Assembly: GCF_000143415.4 (NCBI RefSeq) | Contig: NW_003314544.1 | Coordinates: forward strand, 1-13,984 | From: Selaginella moellendorffii | Taxonomy: Eukaryota; Plantae; Lycopodiophyta | Direction of reading: 5' to 3' | DNA: 13,984 bases | Part shown: in pieces, positions 1 to 7,733 of the stretch | How positions within the stretch are numbered: position 1 is the stretch's first letter | Layout: each line of letters begins with the position of its first letter | Notes under the pieces: model-generated | The model's input: the letters and a program-made list of their open reading frames with translations, nothing else | What the model was told of the DNA's origin: nothing | The model's database searches: none | Made by a program: the position numbers and the translations under genes

Positions 1-15
1 AACTCGCTGACCACC

Positions 16-3000
16 TTACTCAATGATGACAAATCGTGTTCGTAACGTCATCACATGACGAACACGAGATAAAGCATCCGCCACCACATTTGATTTTCCC
101 GGACGATGCTCAATAGGAAACTCCCCAAACTCCATGAGTTTGACCATCCAACGAGCTTGCCTAGTGTTCAACTCCTTCTGTGTGAAAAGATACACAAGTG
201 GTTTGTGATCTGTCAACACCACGAACACTGCACCATAAAGATAGTGCCGCCACGTCCGCAAAGCATGAACAATAGAGAGTAACTCTTGCTCATATGTGGA
301 ATAGCGTTGCTCCGCGGAATTCAAAGTTCGACTCTCATATGCAATAGGCTGTCCCTCTTGCATGAGAACTCCTCCCAGTGCATAACCACTCGCATCGCAT
401 GTCACCTCGTAAGGTTTCGATGGATCAGCAATGCGAAGCACTGGAGCCTCGATCAACAATCGTTTCAGCGCCACAAAACTCTCCTCTTGTGGCGTCTTCC
501 ACTCGAATGGCACATTCTTGCGTAACAACCGCGTCAACGGAATAGCCACCTCTGCAAACTTATGCTGGAAACGTCGATAGTAACTAGCCATACCAAGAAA
601 ACTGCGCAACTCGGCCACTGTAGTCGGTGTAGGCCAGTTTTCCACCACAGCCACCTTCCTTGGATCCGTCTTGACACCCTTAGATGTCACAATATGGCCT
701 AGATATTCCACCTCCGACTTTGCAAATTCACATTTGCTCTTCTTCGCATAAAGTTTGCTGTCTCGAAGTAACAAAAGAACCTTGCGCAAATGCACCCTAT
801 GCTCCTCCATATTCTTGCTAAAAACAAGAATATCGTCCAAGAAAATCTCCACAAACTCATGAAGATAACGCCCAAAGACCTCCGTCATCAACCGAGTAAA
901 TGTGGCCGGTGCATTCGTCAAACCAAACGGCATAACTGTAAACTCAAAATGTCCGAAGCTTGTGTTGAATGCCGTCTTGGAGATAGATGCATCATCCATT
1001 GCAATCTGATGATATCCACTCCTCAGATCAATCTTGGTAAACACTCGTGCTTCACCAAGCTTGTCTAGGATATCATCCACACGTGGCATCGGCATCTTGT
1101 CCTTCACTGTCTTCTTGTTTAAAGCACGGTAGTCAATACACATCCGCATTGAACCGTCCTTCTTCTTCACAAGCAAGACCGGAGCACCAAACGGAGACTT
1201 ACTTGGCTGAATAAATCCAAACTCAAGTAACTCCTTGACTTGTCGTTGAACTTCTTGCTCCTCCACATAACTTAACCGAAATGGACGCCGGTAAATTGGC
1301 CGCGTCCCCGGCTCCAATGTAATCCCATGCTCCACACCTCGTAATGGAGGCAATCCATGAGGAAGTTCAGATGGAAAAACATCAGAAAACTCATCAAGTA
1401 CATCCCGTACTGCTGCTTCTCCCCCACACGTGCCTTGGTCCCCCAAGTCACGAACAAACAGCAAGTAACTTGAAAGTGCTTTTCCATTACGACAAGCCCG
1501 CTTCAAAGATGTAGCAGAGAGCATAACAACTGGTGGTTGAACGCCCTCGCCAAACCACACATCTTTAACGCCACCATACTCCAGCGAGATACGCTTAATG
1601 CTCCACTTTATCTCTGGATCCACCTTCACCAACCATGGCATCCCAAGAATGAGATCCACACGATGGATATCCGCGAGATAAAAAGTCTCCACAAGTGTGG
1701 TTTTGCCAACCAACACTTCCAGCCCCTCGACACAAGCATCGAAATGCTGAGCAGAGGTAGCTGCACCTTCCACTGTGTATGGAACAACTCCACGTGTGTT
1801 CAGGCGATGCTCCGCAACAAACTTTGCCGAAACAAAGTTGTCATCGCTCCCACTATCCAGTAAAATCCGCACTGGATCGCCACGGAACACGCCCTCCAGC
1901 ATTAAAGCTGATTCACGCGTATCCTCGAGCTCCATCTTGTTCCACACACAGTTGAGCTGACGAGCAACGATCGAAAGTCGCTTCCTCCGACCGGAATGGT
2001 CGGTCTCCTCCTCCTCACGCTGCAAAGTTTGCAACTTTTTAGTATCGGACTTACCGTGAGAAGAAGATTGGCCATTCTTCTTGTCCTGCTGCTTGTTCTT
2101 TAACTGCGGACAATCAGCCTTGTAGTGTCCAAGTTCGCCGCAATGATGACAACCCTGTCTATAATTCTTCACAAAGAACTTCTGCTTCTTGGACCCCTTT
2201 GCATCCGAGGTAGTCACCACCGACTTCAACTTGTGATGCTTGTTCCCATCCTTGTGTCCACGGCGATCATCACGACGATTCTCGACAGAAGGACTCCGCG
2301 AACGCTTGCGAGACTTGTGCTTGTCATTGTCAAGGCGACGAGCCGCATCAAAGAGCTCCTCCAAACTCTTTGTAGGCTGAGAATGACGCAAGTGTTGCCG
2401 CATACTCTCACTATGGAGGCCATCAATGAAGTAGGACTTGTTCTGATCTGGATCCTTCGTTGGAACACGACTAATCAAGCGAGTAAGCTTCTCAATATAA
2501 TCCCCAAGCGTCATTTTCCCTTGCTGGAAATGGCGAAGTTCTGTACGAGCATTCTCCACGTCGTAATGAGGGGCAAAACGTAAACGGAAAGCAGCCTCAA
2601 ACTCATCCATGGTAGATACTGGTGATTTCTTATCCGCAACACGGGACTCCTCAAGCCAATTCCACCATCGAAGACCCGCATCACGCAAAACCATCGGAAT
2701 AGCCACTAAAGCCTCTGCATCTGGAGTTCCTCTAGCAGCCAAGAACTTCTTCACATTGGCTAGCCAAGCGAGACACTCGTCCACACCACCATCACCGGAA
2801 AAGGTTGGAATCTTGAGTCGATCTACCAAAGAAGGCTTACTTGGAGCGCTACCCCGTCCAGCCTCGAGTGCCTCAACACGCCCACGCATGGTATCCATCA
2901 TGCCATGCATCTCGTCTTGCATCTCTTGCTGATTTTTATTAAGGGCTCGCAGCTCATGAACCACATCTTGAATGGTCCAAATCTCCGCAGCTTCGTTGAC

Positions 3001-3069
3001 ACCATCGTCGGCACCACCGTCGGCACCACCATCGATGATAGGATTCCAGCGTTCAGCTTGGTCGGCCAT
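16..3069 (-). CDS. Gag-Pol polyprotein (retrotransposon gag, CCHC zinc knuckle, aspartic protease, reverse transcriptase, RNase H); stops before integrase
   Basis: 1017 aa. Gag: IPTFSGD...W, FQQGKMTLGDY. Zinc knuckle: CHHCGELGHYKADC. Protease: ILLDSGS, DLILGMPWL. RT: MRMCIDYRALNK, KIDLRSGYHQI, MPFGLTNAPATF, IFLDDILVFS, YLGH. RNase H: TCDASG, EQELL, TDHKPL, NVVADALSR. Confidence 0.96.
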   Translation of the reverse strand: MADQAERWNPIIDGGADGGADDGVNEAAEIWTIQDVVHELRALNKNQQEMQDEMHGMMDTMRGRVEALEAGRGSAPSKPSLVDRLKIPTFSGDGGVDECLAWLANVKKFLAARGTPDAEALVAIPMVLRDAGLRWWNWLEESRVADKKSPVSTMDEFEAAFRLRFAPHYDVENARTELRHFQQGKMTLGDYIEKLTRLISRVPTKDPDQNKSYFIDGLHSESMRQHLRHSQPTKSLEELFDAARRLDNDKHKSRKRSRSPSVENRRDDRRGHKDGNKHHKLKSVVTTSDAKGSKKQKFFVKNYRQGCHHCGELGHYKADCPQLKNKQQDKKNGQSSSHGKSDTKKLQTLQREEEETDHSGRRKRLSIVARQLNCVWNKMELEDTRESALMLEGVFRGDPVRILLDSGSDDNFVSAKFVAEHRLNTRGVVPYTVEGAATSAQHFDACVEGLEVLVGKTTLVETFYLADIHRVDLILGMPWLVKVDPEIKWSIKRISLEYGGVKDVWFGEGVQPPVVMLSATSLKRACRNGKALSSYLLFVRDLGDQGTCGGEAAVRDVLDEFSDVFPSELPHGLPPLRGVEHGITLEPGTRPIYRRPFRLSYVEEQEVQRQVKELLEFGFIQPSKSPFGAPVLLVKKKDGSMRMCIDYRALNKKTVKDKMPMPRVDDILDKLGEARVFTKIDLRSGYHQIAMDDASISKTAFNTSFGHFEFTVMPFGLTNAPATFTRLMTEVFGRYLHEFVEIFLDDILVFSKNMEEHRVHLRKVLLLLRDSKLYAKKSKCEFAKSEVEYLGHIVTSKGVKTDPRKVAVVENWPTPTTVAELRSFLGMASYYRRFQHKFAEVAIPLTRLLRKNVPFEWKTPQEESFVALKRLLIEAPVLRIADPSKPYEVTCDASGYALGGVLMQEGQPIAYESRTLNSAEQRYSTYEQELLSIVHALRTWRHYLYGAVFVVLTDHKPLVYLFTQKELNTRQARWMVKLMEFGEFPIEHRPGKSNVVADALSRVRHVMTLRTRFVIIE

Positions 3070-3079
3070 CGCAACTTCC

Positions 3080-3090
3080 CTCTGATACCA
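3080..3090 (-). other. Primer-binding site complementary to the 3' end of tRNA-iMet
   Basis: Plus strand CTCTGATACCA = minus TGGTATCAGAG, the canonical plant Met PBS. It lies 1 nt from the LTR-terminal CA and 10 nt before the gag ATG. Confidence 0.93.
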
Positions 3091-3091
3091 A

Positions 3092-3256
3092 TGTTATGAT
3101 CCGGCGCAAAAAGACAAAGATCTAGTTGCCCTAGACTATGCTACGCCACCTCTTGAGGTTCCTCACCACCCAACCACCCCCGAGCTACCTCAAAAGCTCC
3201 ACTGCGCCGCCGCTCCACTGTGAGCCCTAGGGTAGGTTAAGTCCCTTACCCTAACA
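3092..3256 (-). repeat. 5' LTR of the gypsy element (165 bp)
   Basis: Minus strand begins TGTTAG and ends ATAACA (5-bp terminal inverted repeat TGTTA/TAACA). It abuts the PBS, and its outer end coincides with the end of the neighbouring 636-aa ORF. Predicted TSD is AGGCA on the minus strand (3257-3261); the second copy is outside the window. Confidence 0.85.
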
Positions 3257-5161
3257 TGCCTTAATATACCCTTGAGCCTCCCTTTGACCGACGTTGACCA
3301 CGTAGTCAAAGCTGGCGCCTAACAACCTTTGATTCTCATCCGAATTCACGTATACCCGGTAAGGTTCTCGATAGGCCTCTGCTGCGGGGTCGAGCTGTTT
3401 CTGAAGCCGGCGGTCGACATCCCTCTTAATGAAATTTGGATACTGATCCAACTTCTCAGCTTTACTTTTCGTGGCATCCCGCAGCAGATCGATGAACTTG
3501 GGGGCCCCCTTCACATAGTCATCGATGTCTTCATTTGACAACTCCAGCTCTTCTATCATCTCTTGCGTGGTGTCGATGCTCACCCTCTCCACGGCCACTT
3601 GCTCGAAGATCCAATCCTTCAATAGCGCACGAGCTCTCAGAGTCGTGCACAAGTCCTCGTATGTCACAATATGGCCGGGAGTCATTTTGGTCTTGTTGAA
3701 GAATACCTCACCACGTAGAAGAGCATTAGCCACTGTCAGATGGTCGTCATCGTCTAGAGACCGCGAGAAACGCAAGGCGTTGAGCTTCAAATCATTGGGC
3801 TTCCGGCCGTCCTCCACACCCATTGAGTTTAGCAACTCCCCGTCATGGTACCTCCTCAGCACATCTACCCATTTGTCAAAAATAACTTTTGTCGCGAGTA
3901 GAATGTTATGGATGCTGAGTGTGTCATTGACCCCCAATGTTTTCGAGAGAAGACTCGAGAATTCCTGCAATGGAAATGGCGTGAGGCCATATGCTATGCC
4001 ACATGTAACGAGGCTTACCTGCCAGGCGCTAGTTGCTAGTGCACGTCCTTGTCTTGGTTTTTGTGGCTTCTTCAGTTGAACCCAGAGCTTCCGTGTTCGT
4101 GCCAATGTCTCGTGCAGACCCGATTTGTAGCACGTTTCTTGCTTGACATTCTGCGCGTGGGAGATGGATATGATAGATCGGAGGGGCGAGTTGCCTTTTA
4201 TCAGGCGGACAACTCTTGTCTTGAAGACTTTCTTCACCTCCTCGCCCACCATAATATCCACAACTATCTCTTGCATTGCCAAGCTAGAATGCTGCCCGGA
4301 GACGGCATAGAACCGGATGTTCTGATCGTCCAACACCTTCCTATTGATCAAGTCTGGAAACCTCGTCTCGCCCTTCATTGTTCGGTAGTAGGGGATCACG
4401 TCTGCGATGTCGGGTGTTACTGGACTTGCCAGCATCTTCTGCTTCAGTTTCTCCACCCACTCATCAGATACTAGCCTGTGGTTGTATTTGCTTTGGATGT
4501 CGATACGGCTCACGTCGATTGTATATACTTTGTTGGAATAGTAACAAGTACTATTATCTGCGACGATTTTTGCTGCCTCTTCTTGCTCTTTCTGCTCTTT
4601 GCGGCTCTTCTTTTTGGTGGGTGTAGTGTTCGAACCCGAGGCAATGGCATCACCGAGTAGCTTCTTTTTTGGACCAGGAGAGTCGGACGTCGACTTGAGC
4701 TTGACCACCCTTATCTGCTTCGGGGTAGTTTCCAGATCGACCCCCTTCCCCTTCGCTTCGCGAATTGGAGGCACTCTCAACGGCTCAATGTTGGAATATA
4801 GTTTTTGAACATCGCCGTAGGTGAGGTCCGTGGATTCCATGTGATCTTCATAGACCTGCAGCATCTTTGAAATTGTAGGCCTCCTGGACAACCTCTCCCT
4901 AGCTCCCTCTAGGAATTCCTCATAGCCGCTACCCCCCTCCGAGAAGCCACTAGGATGTGCAAGGTGGATCTTGAAGGCGGACGCTGTCTCTACCACAAGT
5001 GTCAGTCCATATTCTTGCATGGAACTGCATGGAGTGTCTGTCACTTGGATGAGGATCCCCATGCATTCTTTTCTCCCACCATTTGTGTTGTACAGCCTCA
5101 GATCCTCGCCTTCCATCCTGAAAGTCCAACTGGTGAGCTCCTCCCCCTTCTCTGCATCCAC
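3251..5161 (-). CDS. Transposon-associated protein with a ParB/Sulfiredoxin-like domain; 3'-truncated by the gypsy insertion
   Basis: 636-codon frame. The segment at about 4140-4535 (YTIDVSRIDI...NHRLVSDEWVEKLKQKM...FYAVSGQHSSLA...IISISHAQN) follows the ParB N-terminal pattern (R..d..v..L..sm, G.H(R)..A, a..eN). A Lys-rich NLS-like stretch (PKKK, TKKKSRK) precedes it. The final TGT TAG is supplied by the LTR. The listed start is GTG; the frame extends to a likely splice acceptor at 5198 (exon from 5197), so the true start is uncertain. Domain call is by motif recognition only. Confidence 0.7.
   Translation of the reverse strand: MDAEKGEELTSWTFRMEGEDLRLYNTNGGRKECMGILIQVTDTPCSSMQEYGLTLVVETASAFKIHLAHPSGFSEGGSGYEEFLEGARERLSRRPTISKMLQVYEDHMESTDLTYGDVQKLYSNIEPLRVPPIREAKGKGVDLETTPKQIRVVKLKSTSDSPGPKKKLLGDAIASGSNTTPTKKKSRKEQKEQEEAAKIVADNSTCYYSNKVYTIDVSRIDIQSKYNHRLVSDEWVEKLKQKMLASPVTPDIADVIPYYRTMKGETRFPDLINRKVLDDQNIRFYAVSGQHSSLAMQEIVVDIMVGEEVKKVFKTRVVRLIKGNSPLRSIISISHAQNVKQETCYKSGLHETLARTRKLWVQLKKPQKPRQGRALATSAWQVSLVTCGIAYGLTPFPLQEFSSLLSKTLGVNDTLSIHNILLATKVIFDKWVDVLRRYHDGELLNSMGVEDGRKPNDLKLNALRFSRSLDDDDHLTVANALLRGEVFFNKTKMTPGHIVTYEDLCTTLRARALLKDWIFEQVAVERVSIDTTQEMIEELELSNEDIDDYVKGAPKFIDLLRDATKSKAEKLDQYPNFIKRDVDRRLQKQLDPAAEAYREPYRVYVNSDENQRLLGASFDYVVNVGQREAQGYIKAC
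3965..4018 (-). other. Predicted 54-nt in-frame GT-AG intron in the ParB-like gene
   Basis: Minus strand CAG|GTAAGC...CCATTTCCATTGCAG|GAA. It removes 18 codons (VSLVTCGIAYGLTPFPLQ) and contains one copy of the 22-bp palindrome. Confidence 0.7.
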
Positions 5162-5631
5162 ATTGATAGTGGCTGGAAGAAGAACGCAATTCCTTGCCTA
5201 TTCAGAAATGCACAACAATTAGAGCTGACAGATGAAAAGCTAGCAGTTGGAAATAACGTGAGGCCACACGCCATTCACCACTACATCAGATGTCTTAAGG
5301 CTGCATCCTAAGATGGCGTGAGGCTACATGCCATCTGTAACCGGACTGCACTCGAGAGCCCAATCGGTGCATGCCAATGTTGCTACTGAATGGCATGTGG
5401 CCTCATGCAATTTTCTACTTGGCCTAAAAGACTTGCCATTTGAAACCGAATGGAGGCGTGACAATCAAGGCCGGACTCGCTGGTGTGCAGCGAATCGTAG
5501 CAGCAAGGCTACTCTGCCACTTACAGTTGGAGAGTGGCGCTGAAATCTCTCGGGACGCCAAGTGGGCTGCGTGTGGGTGGCGGAGTGGGCGGCGGAGTTG
5601 GCGGTGAAGTTACAAACTGGGTGTGTCTTGA

Positions 5632-5788
5632 AGTGGACGCCGATGCACACGAGCGCGATGCGAGCGCGAGTGTGATGCAAGAGCGAGTGGACGCCGATGC
5701 ACACGAGAAACCTGTAGAGAAGGTAGATGAGCGCGAATGTGAGCGTGATCGCGAGTGGGAGCGCGATGCGAGCGTGAGTACGATGCAA
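5632..5788. repeat. GC-rich low-complexity direct repeats (probable 5' leader of the minus-strand gene)
   Basis: AGTGGACGCCGATGCACACGAG at 5632-5653 and 5686-5707. GAGCGCGATGCGAGCGYGAGT..GATGCAA at 5651-5680 and 5759-5788. A minus-strand GTAAGT donor lies at 5524. Confidence 0.7.
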
Positions 5789-5836
5789 AACCTAACCTCA
5801 CACGCGCGAAATGTCACGACGGTTGGTAATCCCGCC

Positions 5837-5969
5837 ACGTCATCATTCCTCGGACTTGGGCGCCACCATTAATTTCTGGATCGCCGCGCGCATGCATGCA
5901 CGTGAAATCCAAAAGAAATCCGCAACGTCATCATTCCTCGGACTACATGCACGTGAAATCCAAAAGAAA
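5837..5969. repeat. Interleaved direct repeats A-B-A-B containing ACGT cores
   Basis: A = ACGTCATCATTCCTCGGACT (5837-5856, 5925-5944). B = CATGCACGTGAAATCCAAAAGAAA (5895-5918, 5946-5969). Confidence 0.85.
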
Positions 5970-6449
5970 GATCATGATTGGGATATCATTTAATACCCTC
6001 GCTATATTTATACCATGCATGATTGGATATTCCAAAGCATCTTGTATTTCCAAAAATGCCAGATGTTCAGCTAAATAAAGAATGGTATACAATGTCCTTC
6101 TTGATGACCCTGCAAAGAAGCATCTCGATCAGACACCACATGAGACCACACGAGCCTTACAATGTTTCAGGGGCATTTGCCATAGATCCGACCGTTATTT
6201 TGCTCCAAGATTTTACAGTTTGGTGTGCATTGACCTTTCCATCGACACTGCAAAGGGACATCACAATCAGATGCGAGATCACAAGAAACTAACTTTACTA
6301 ACTCTGGTTTCACCAAGATCTACGTAAGGAGTTATGAAATGAAAGGACCCTCTCTATTGAAATGTGTTTATGGTCCTAGGGGCATTGTGACATATCAAAG
6401 GATTTTGCATCAAGTTCTGTATATGCATGTTTATCAAGCTACTGAATTG

Positions 6450-6465
6450 CTAAACCCTAAACCCT
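6450..6465 (+). promoter_or_regulatory. Interstitial plant telomeric repeat / telo-box
   Basis: CTAAACCCTAAACCCT, about 2.3 units of CCCTAAA, including AAACCCTAA. Function is not demonstrable from sequence. Confidence 0.45.
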
Positions 6466-7264
6466 GAACATGTGGCAAATGCTGCGTGAAGAAAGATGCC
6501 CTTTCTGGGCAAATGCTGTAAGAGGCAGATGCCGAGCAGATGTATCTCAGGCTAGCGAAGGGGACAAACGAAAGCTAGCTATAAACATGACGGGATGCAA
6601 ATAGATTACTAGGCTGGTCCTGCGAAAATCAAAAACCATAATTGAAAACATTGAAAATGCAAAAAGAAAGGTTTATAATATTTTTGAATTTTAAGCAACC
6701 AAAGGAATGTAAGTAGGGCATGTGTTTATAAGTTTAAAAATGCCTCAACCACTTAAATTCCCAAGTAAATAAAGCTGTTTCTATTTTTGGTATAGGTAAA
6801 CTTTATAGCGTGTGGGCTCATGCAATTTTGAACCCAAAAATGCACCAAAAAATGCTCGACTAGCATTATTCTTTGAATTGCATGTGGCCTTATATTGCCA
6901 TAAATGGACGTACACACACAGCATAATTATTCCTTTACACGGCGAATAATCTTGGCGCGGATCGCTGACATGGCATGGCAAAGTTCGAATCACTGACATG
7001 GCAAAGCTGGATCGAGGCAAGGACATGATGTGACAAAGTTCAACATCCGACAGCAAAGTCTAGAAGCTACTTAGTTTGAAATTTGTCAGAGGAATCATAA
7101 GATCTGGTTTGTCAGAGGATTTGATGTGACGTTCAAGCGTGTGTTATTTTTGAATTCTCGAACTCATTCCTAGGTCTATCATTTTTGTGCGCTGTGTTCT
7201 TGGTTCCGCTGAGCGCAGTGAGCGCTGCTTGTGTAAGCGGCGTTGTGAGCTGTGGTTTATGCGT

Positions 7265-7368
7265 CTACGAGCGGTTGCGGCATTGCGAGCGCCATTGCGA
7301 GCGGCAGTTTATGCGAGTGGCAGTTTGTGCGAGCGGCGCTACGAGCAGTTGCGGTGTTGCGAGTGGCA
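7265..7368 (+). repeat. GC-rich degenerate TGCGAGYGGC repeats (probable 5' leader of the transposase gene)
   Basis: CATTGCGAGCG x2 (7281, 7293), TGCGAGYGGCAGTTTR x2 (7296, 7312), CTACGAGCRGTTGCGG x2 (7265, 7339). Confidence 0.65.
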
Positions 7369-7422
7369 CTGTCTTTGGTGTGGCTACCGCTTCCTCTTGA
7401 TATTCGGCACTTGTGCTTCCTG

Positions 7423-7726
7423 GTATGTTCACCATGGAATGGCTTAGGACCACATTTAGAAATGGCATGAGGCCACATGCCATCTTGGGCCCTTGCAATT
7501 TCATGGCTAGCGTATTGTCATGTATGTTTTTACTTGCCTGCAGCTGTGTGTATATCAAGATGGCATGAGGGCTCATGCCAATTTTGTGAATGTGAAATTT
7601 CATGTGGGTGTCAATAGCATGTTTGAATAATGGCATGTGGCCTCATGCTATTGAGGTTGTTTGGTATGTTATGATTTAGGCCATTCTCCAATCATTTTTT
7701 GTATGGTCTTAACTTCTTTTCTGCAG
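7423..7726 (+). other. Predicted 5'-UTR intron (possibly more than one) of the transposase gene
   Basis: Donor TG|GTATGT at 7423 and acceptor TTCTTTTCTGCAG at 7726, 7 nt before the ATG at 7734. The region is AT-richer and holds three palindrome copies. Alternative sites occur at 7543 (CCTGCAG) and 7664 (GTATGT). Confidence 0.5.
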
Positions 7727-7733
7727 TTTCAGA

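Larger units (their letters stand above)
1..3256 (-). mobile_element. Ty3/gypsy LTR retrotransposon (probably chromovirus-type), 5' part; runs off the left edge of the window
   Basis: On the minus strand the order is LTR (TGTTA...TAACA), PBS TGGTATCAGAG, then gag-PR-RT-RNaseH. RT-RH follows PR with no integrase between them, which is gypsy order. Lineage is inferred from the Met PBS, single ORF and RT motifs. Confidence 0.95.

Noticed and set aside
95-101. G GGA AAA slippery heptamer on the minus strand near the end of pol
   Set aside because: It lies in the conserved RPGK codons about 26 nt from the stem (too far), and a shift there would destroy the ADALSR motif.
286-5311. Numerous short ORFs overlapping the two long minus-strand ORFs
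   Set aside because: They are antisense or alternate-frame shadows with no recognisable motifs.
5253-5411. CRISPR-like look of palindromic repeats with unique 35-76 nt spacers (also 7462-7651, 9233-9311)
   Set aside because: There are only 2-3 repeats per cluster, with irregular spacer length, mixed orientation and degenerate copies. No cas genes are present and the context is eukaryotic and intronic.
5899-5959. CACGTGAAA matches part of bacterial parS (TGTTTCACGTGAAACA)
   Set aside because: Only 9 nt match and it is not palindromic beyond the G-box core, so it is explained by a duplicated G-box.
6965-7060. Short CTGACATGGCAAAG-like direct repeats
   Set aside because: There are two to three degenerate units sharing only ATGGCA with the palindrome, which is too weak to call.
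5328-7636. Short ORFs in the spacer (RS-rich, ER-rich, Cys-rich; 6023-6327 pair)
   Set aside because: Most are products of GC-rich low-complexity repeats, often with non-ATG starts and no domain signature. A small 5' coding exon of the ParB-like gene cannot be excluded.
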